From Chthonomonadales bacterium (lineage in GTDB: Bacteria > Armatimonadota > Chthonomonadetes > Chthonomonadales > Chthonomonadaceae): a stretch of DNA of 10,110 bases. Below are positions 7,519 through 10,110 of the stretch, in pieces (the first letter of the stretch is position 1; the number at the start of each line of letters is the position of its first letter). A program made the translations under genes and the position numbers. The DNA lies in assembly GCA_038217285.1 (NCBI GenBank), contig JBBQPO010000232.1, positions 1 to 10,110 of the forward strand, given 5' to 3'. The notes under the pieces are model-generated. The model was given only the letters and a program-made list of their open reading frames with translations, ran no database searches and was not told where the DNA came from.

Positions 7519-9633
7519 ATGACCTGGCTTATCGGACTTATCGGACTGGGAACGGTGGCGGCGGGGCTGGCGCTCTGGACCGTGATGGCGGCGTGGTGCG
7601 CGGAACGAGAGTTTCCGCCATCAGGAGCCTTTATAGAGGTGGACGGCACCCGGCTGCACTATGTGCGGCGTGGCAGCGGCCCGCCTGTCGTGATGCTGCA
7701 TGGCAGCGATGGGTCCCTGCTGGATTTTGCCGAGACGGTGCTGGAGACGCTGAGTGGAGAGTTCGAAGTCGTGGCATTCGATCGGCCTGGGCATGGCTAT
7801 AGCGAGGGGCCTTATAATGCGGTCGCGACCCCAGAAGTGCAGATGCGCCTGCTGCACACAGCGATCTGCCGGCTTGGCCTGACTCGCCCACTGCTTGTCG
7901 GCCATTCTTGGAGCGGTCTGTTGGTGTTGATGACCGCGCTGGAGTTTCCGGAGGAGGCAGCCGGTTTGGTTCTGCTCGCCCCCTGGGTCGCTCCGCCCGC
8001 TTCCCCACCTTTTCCTCTGCTCTACGCGCCTCGTATTCCGCTGCTTGGGGAGCTCTCGCTCTGGACCGCACACCGGTTGGTAAAAGGCGCGATCATTCGC
8101 TACTACCTCCGACAGGCGTTTCTCCCGGACCCCGTTCCGCAAGCATACGCGCGGCAGTCGGTGATGTGCTGGCTGCGCTGGCCGCGTCAGGTCCAGGTGT
8201 TCTCTCGGGAGAATACGGCGGACCGGCCTGCGATGCGCGACTACAGCCCGCGCTACGGTCGGATTACTGTTCCGGTCGTGATCGTGGCCGGAGAGGCCGA
8301 CCGTGTGACCCCGACCGCAGAGCACGCGGAATGGCTGCATCGTGTGCTTCCCGATTCGGAGCTTGTACTGCTCCCGAATACAGGGCATCAACTGCTTCAT
8401 ACCCGTCCGGAGGCTGTCTGCGCGGCGGTGCAGCGTTGCGCGGAGGAGGCTCGACGGCGCGGCCTGTTGTCGGAAGCGCCAGCGGCGTTAACGGAGGGAG
8501 CCGACTGTCATTCGTCGCTGCAACGGGCGCGGGAGTTGGTGCTTCGTTACGGCTGGAATGCGATGTCGTATCAGATACTGAATCCCGCTATGGAACACTG
8601 GTTTTCGGGGGACGGTGATGCGGTCGTCGGCTATGTGCGGCGGGGTCGATACCGGGTGGTGGCGGGCGCACCTGTCTGCACGCAGGAGAGACTGGCGGCG
8701 GTCGTTGCTGAGTTTGAGGCGGCGGCGACCGAAGCGAGCGAAAGGGTCTGCTATTTCGGGGCGGCCAGTCGGCTGAGAGCGGTGCTGCAGGCGCTGCCCG
8801 CGCATGCGGAACTGGTCATCGGCGCACAGCCTGTCTGGAACCCGCAGCAGTGGTCCGCGCTGCTGAAGAAGCACTCTTCCCTGCGGGCGCAGATCAACCG
8901 GGCGCGTAATAAAGGCGTCGAGGTGGCGGAGTGGGGCGCGGAACAGGGGGAGGGGCGCGCGGCCTTGCAAGCCTGTCTGTCAGAATGGCTGGCGACTCGT
9001 CCGTTTCCGACCCTGCGCTTTCTGACGGAGCCGGTCGATCTGGGGGAGATACGGGATCGGCGGCTTTTCGTGGCCTCCAGTGGGGATGCCGTGGTCGGAT
9101 TTCTGATCGCGACGCCGGTTCCGGACCGCAATGGCTGGCTGATCGAGCAGATCGTACGCGGTCGGGCCGCTCCGAACGGCATGGCGGAACTGCTGGTCGG
9201 CACGGCGATGCAGGCGCTCGCAGAGGGTGGTGCGGAGTATGTGACGCTCGGTCTGGCGCCGCTCTCGCAGCGTGCCGGAATGGAAACCGATACAGAGGAG
9301 TCGTGGCTGCGTCTGCTGTTGACGGGGGTGCGCGCGCATGGCAAGCGCTTCTACAACTTCGACGGTCTCGACGCCTTCAAAGCAAAGTTCCGGCCCGACA
9401 GTTGGGAACCGCTCTACGCGATCTCCAACGAACGACATTTTTCGCTTCCGGCGCTCTATGCGATAGCGGCCGCGTTCAGCGAAGGCCAGCCCATTGTCGC
9501 CATGCTCCGCGCCATCCGCGATGCAGCGCGTCAGGAGTTCACCTGGTACCGACATCGCCATGACGCGGAATGTGACACGCAGGAATTCGAAGTCGGAGCA
9601 AGGAACCTTGGCCTACGTCGGAAGCAAAAGTGA
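7519..9633 (+). CDS. Fusion of N-terminally anchored alpha/beta hydrolase and aminoacyl-phosphatidylglycerol-synthase-like (MprF C-terminal / DUF2156) transferase domain
   Basis: aa 1-27 hydrophobic. Hydrolase motifs LHGSDG, FDRPGHGYS, GHS130WSG, GEAD261, GH290. From aa ~334: VVAGAPV, LRAQINRA, APNGMAELL, TLGLAPL and FYNFDGLDAFKAKFRP-x-x-WEPLY, which match the MprF/LPG-synthase catalytic domain. Single uninterrupted ORF. Confidence 0.85.
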   Translation: MTWLIGLIGLGTVAAGLALWTVMAAWCAEREFPPSGAFIEVDGTRLHYVRRGSGPPVVMLHGSDGSLLDFAETVLETLSGEFEVVAFDRPGHGYSEGPYNAVATPEVQMRLLHTAICRLGLTRPLLVGHSWSGLLVLMTALEFPEEAAGLVLLAPWVAPPASPPFPLLYAPRIPLLGELSLWTAHRLVKGAIIRYYLRQAFLPDPVPQAYARQSVMCWLRWPRQVQVFSRENTADRPAMRDYSPRYGRITVPVVIVAGEADRVTPTAEHAEWLHRVLPDSELVLLPNTGHQLLHTRPEAVCAAVQRCAEEARRRGLLSEAPAALTEGADCHSSLQRARELVLRYGWNAMSYQILNPAMEHWFSGDGDAVVGYVRRGRYRVVAGAPVCTQERLAAVVAEFEAAATEASERVCYFGAASRLRAVLQALPAHAELVIGAQPVWNPQQWSALLKKHSSLRAQINRARNKGVEVAEWGAEQGEGRAALQACLSEWLATRPFPTLRFLTEPVDLGEIRDRRLFVASSGDAVVGFLIATPVPDRNGWLIEQIVRGRAAPNGMAELLVGTAMQALAEGGAEYVTLGLAPLSQRAGMETDTEESWLRLLLTGVRAHGKRFYNFDGLDAFKAKFRPDSWEPLYAISNERHFSLPALYAIAAAFSEGQPIVAMLRAIRDAARQEFTWYRHRHDAECDTQEFEVGARNLGLRRKQK

Positions 9634-9675
9634 GATCGCTACACCGTATATTGATATTGGAGAAGAAACGCTGTT

Positions 9676-10110
9676 ATGCAGGTTACGATGGTGTTCTGGA
9701 ATATTCACAAACGTCCTGAAGCTTTTGAAAGCCTCGTTCGTTTGGCCAGCGCGCATAGTGCGCACGTTCTGCTCGTTGCTGAAATGCCCCTGCCCGGGGA
9801 ACCCGGCTTGAGTGTTGATCCAGCAACTGTGTTACTTAACGCCTTAAATCGGCCTGGGCAGATAGATGGTTCACTGAGTTCACGAAAATTCCGTCTGATT
9901 CCTAACCTGGCATAGCCAGAACCAAACAGGGGGTGCTGCACCAATCGGCAATTTGCGTGCGATTCGCGCGCAAACCAACTTCTAAGAAACTAACGCACCA
10001 GCCACCGACCAAAATAACCACACAGATGCCGTGCAAATTTACTCTCGATTACCGACAGGAACGCAGTGGAAACGTGAGGCCACTCACAATCGCTACACTC
10101 TTTGGAAGGT
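9676..10110 (+). pseudogene. Endonuclease/exonuclease/phosphatase (EEP) family gene interrupted by an insertion; continues past the right edge
   Basis: RBS GGAG at ~9659-9662. N-terminus VTMVFWNI...VLLVAE matches the EEP WN and metal-binding E motifs. Premature TAG at 9913-9915 lies inside the insert. Deleting 9908-10019 gives ...RLIPNHTDAVQIYSRLPTGTQWKREATHNRYTLWK, open to the window end. Confidence 0.6.
9903..10019. mobile_element. Small (~110 bp) structured non-coding insertion bounded by TAACC direct repeats
   Basis: TAACC at 9903-9907 and 10015-10019. Internal hairpins CTGGC-ATA-GCCAG (9907-9919) and TTTGCGTGCG-ATT-CGCGCGCAAA (9952-9974). Precise removal of 112 bp restores the host reading frame. 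Confidence 0.55.

Noticed and set aside
9899-10019. Integron attC site or group II intron as the explanation of the insert
   Set aside because: The two TAAC cores are in direct, not inverted, orientation as attC would require. No group II domain V is present and the length is far too short.
1-10110. CRISPR array, tRNA/rRNA genes, transposase or integrase
   Set aside because: No regularly spaced repeats, cloverleaf or rRNA signatures, or recombinase motifs were seen.

Overview
Bacterial, GC-rich window organised as two divergent gene clusters around an AT-richer promoter region (4618-4856). Minus strand: a tightly coupled run cysE - VanW-domain protein - rsmI - tgt (an atypical TGT), then a ~220-nt intergenic leader and the N-terminus of a probably secreted protein cut by the left edge. 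Plus strand: a probable outer-membrane beta-barrel, a membrane-anchored Mrr-like protein with an apparently degenerate active site, a low-specificity L-threonine aldolase, and a 704-aa fusion of a membrane-anchored alpha/beta hydrolase with an aminoacyl-tRNA-dependent lipid aminoacyltransferase domain (MprF C-terminal/DUF2156 type) that lacks a flippase. The window ends in lower-GC DNA with an EEP-family nuclease/phosphatase gene. That gene is interrupted by a structured 112-bp insert bounded by TAACC direct repeats, and removing the insert restores the reading frame. The most interesting items are the hydrolase-synthase fusion, the small insertion element and the divergent TGT pocket. All family calls come from motif recognition by eye, not from database searches.
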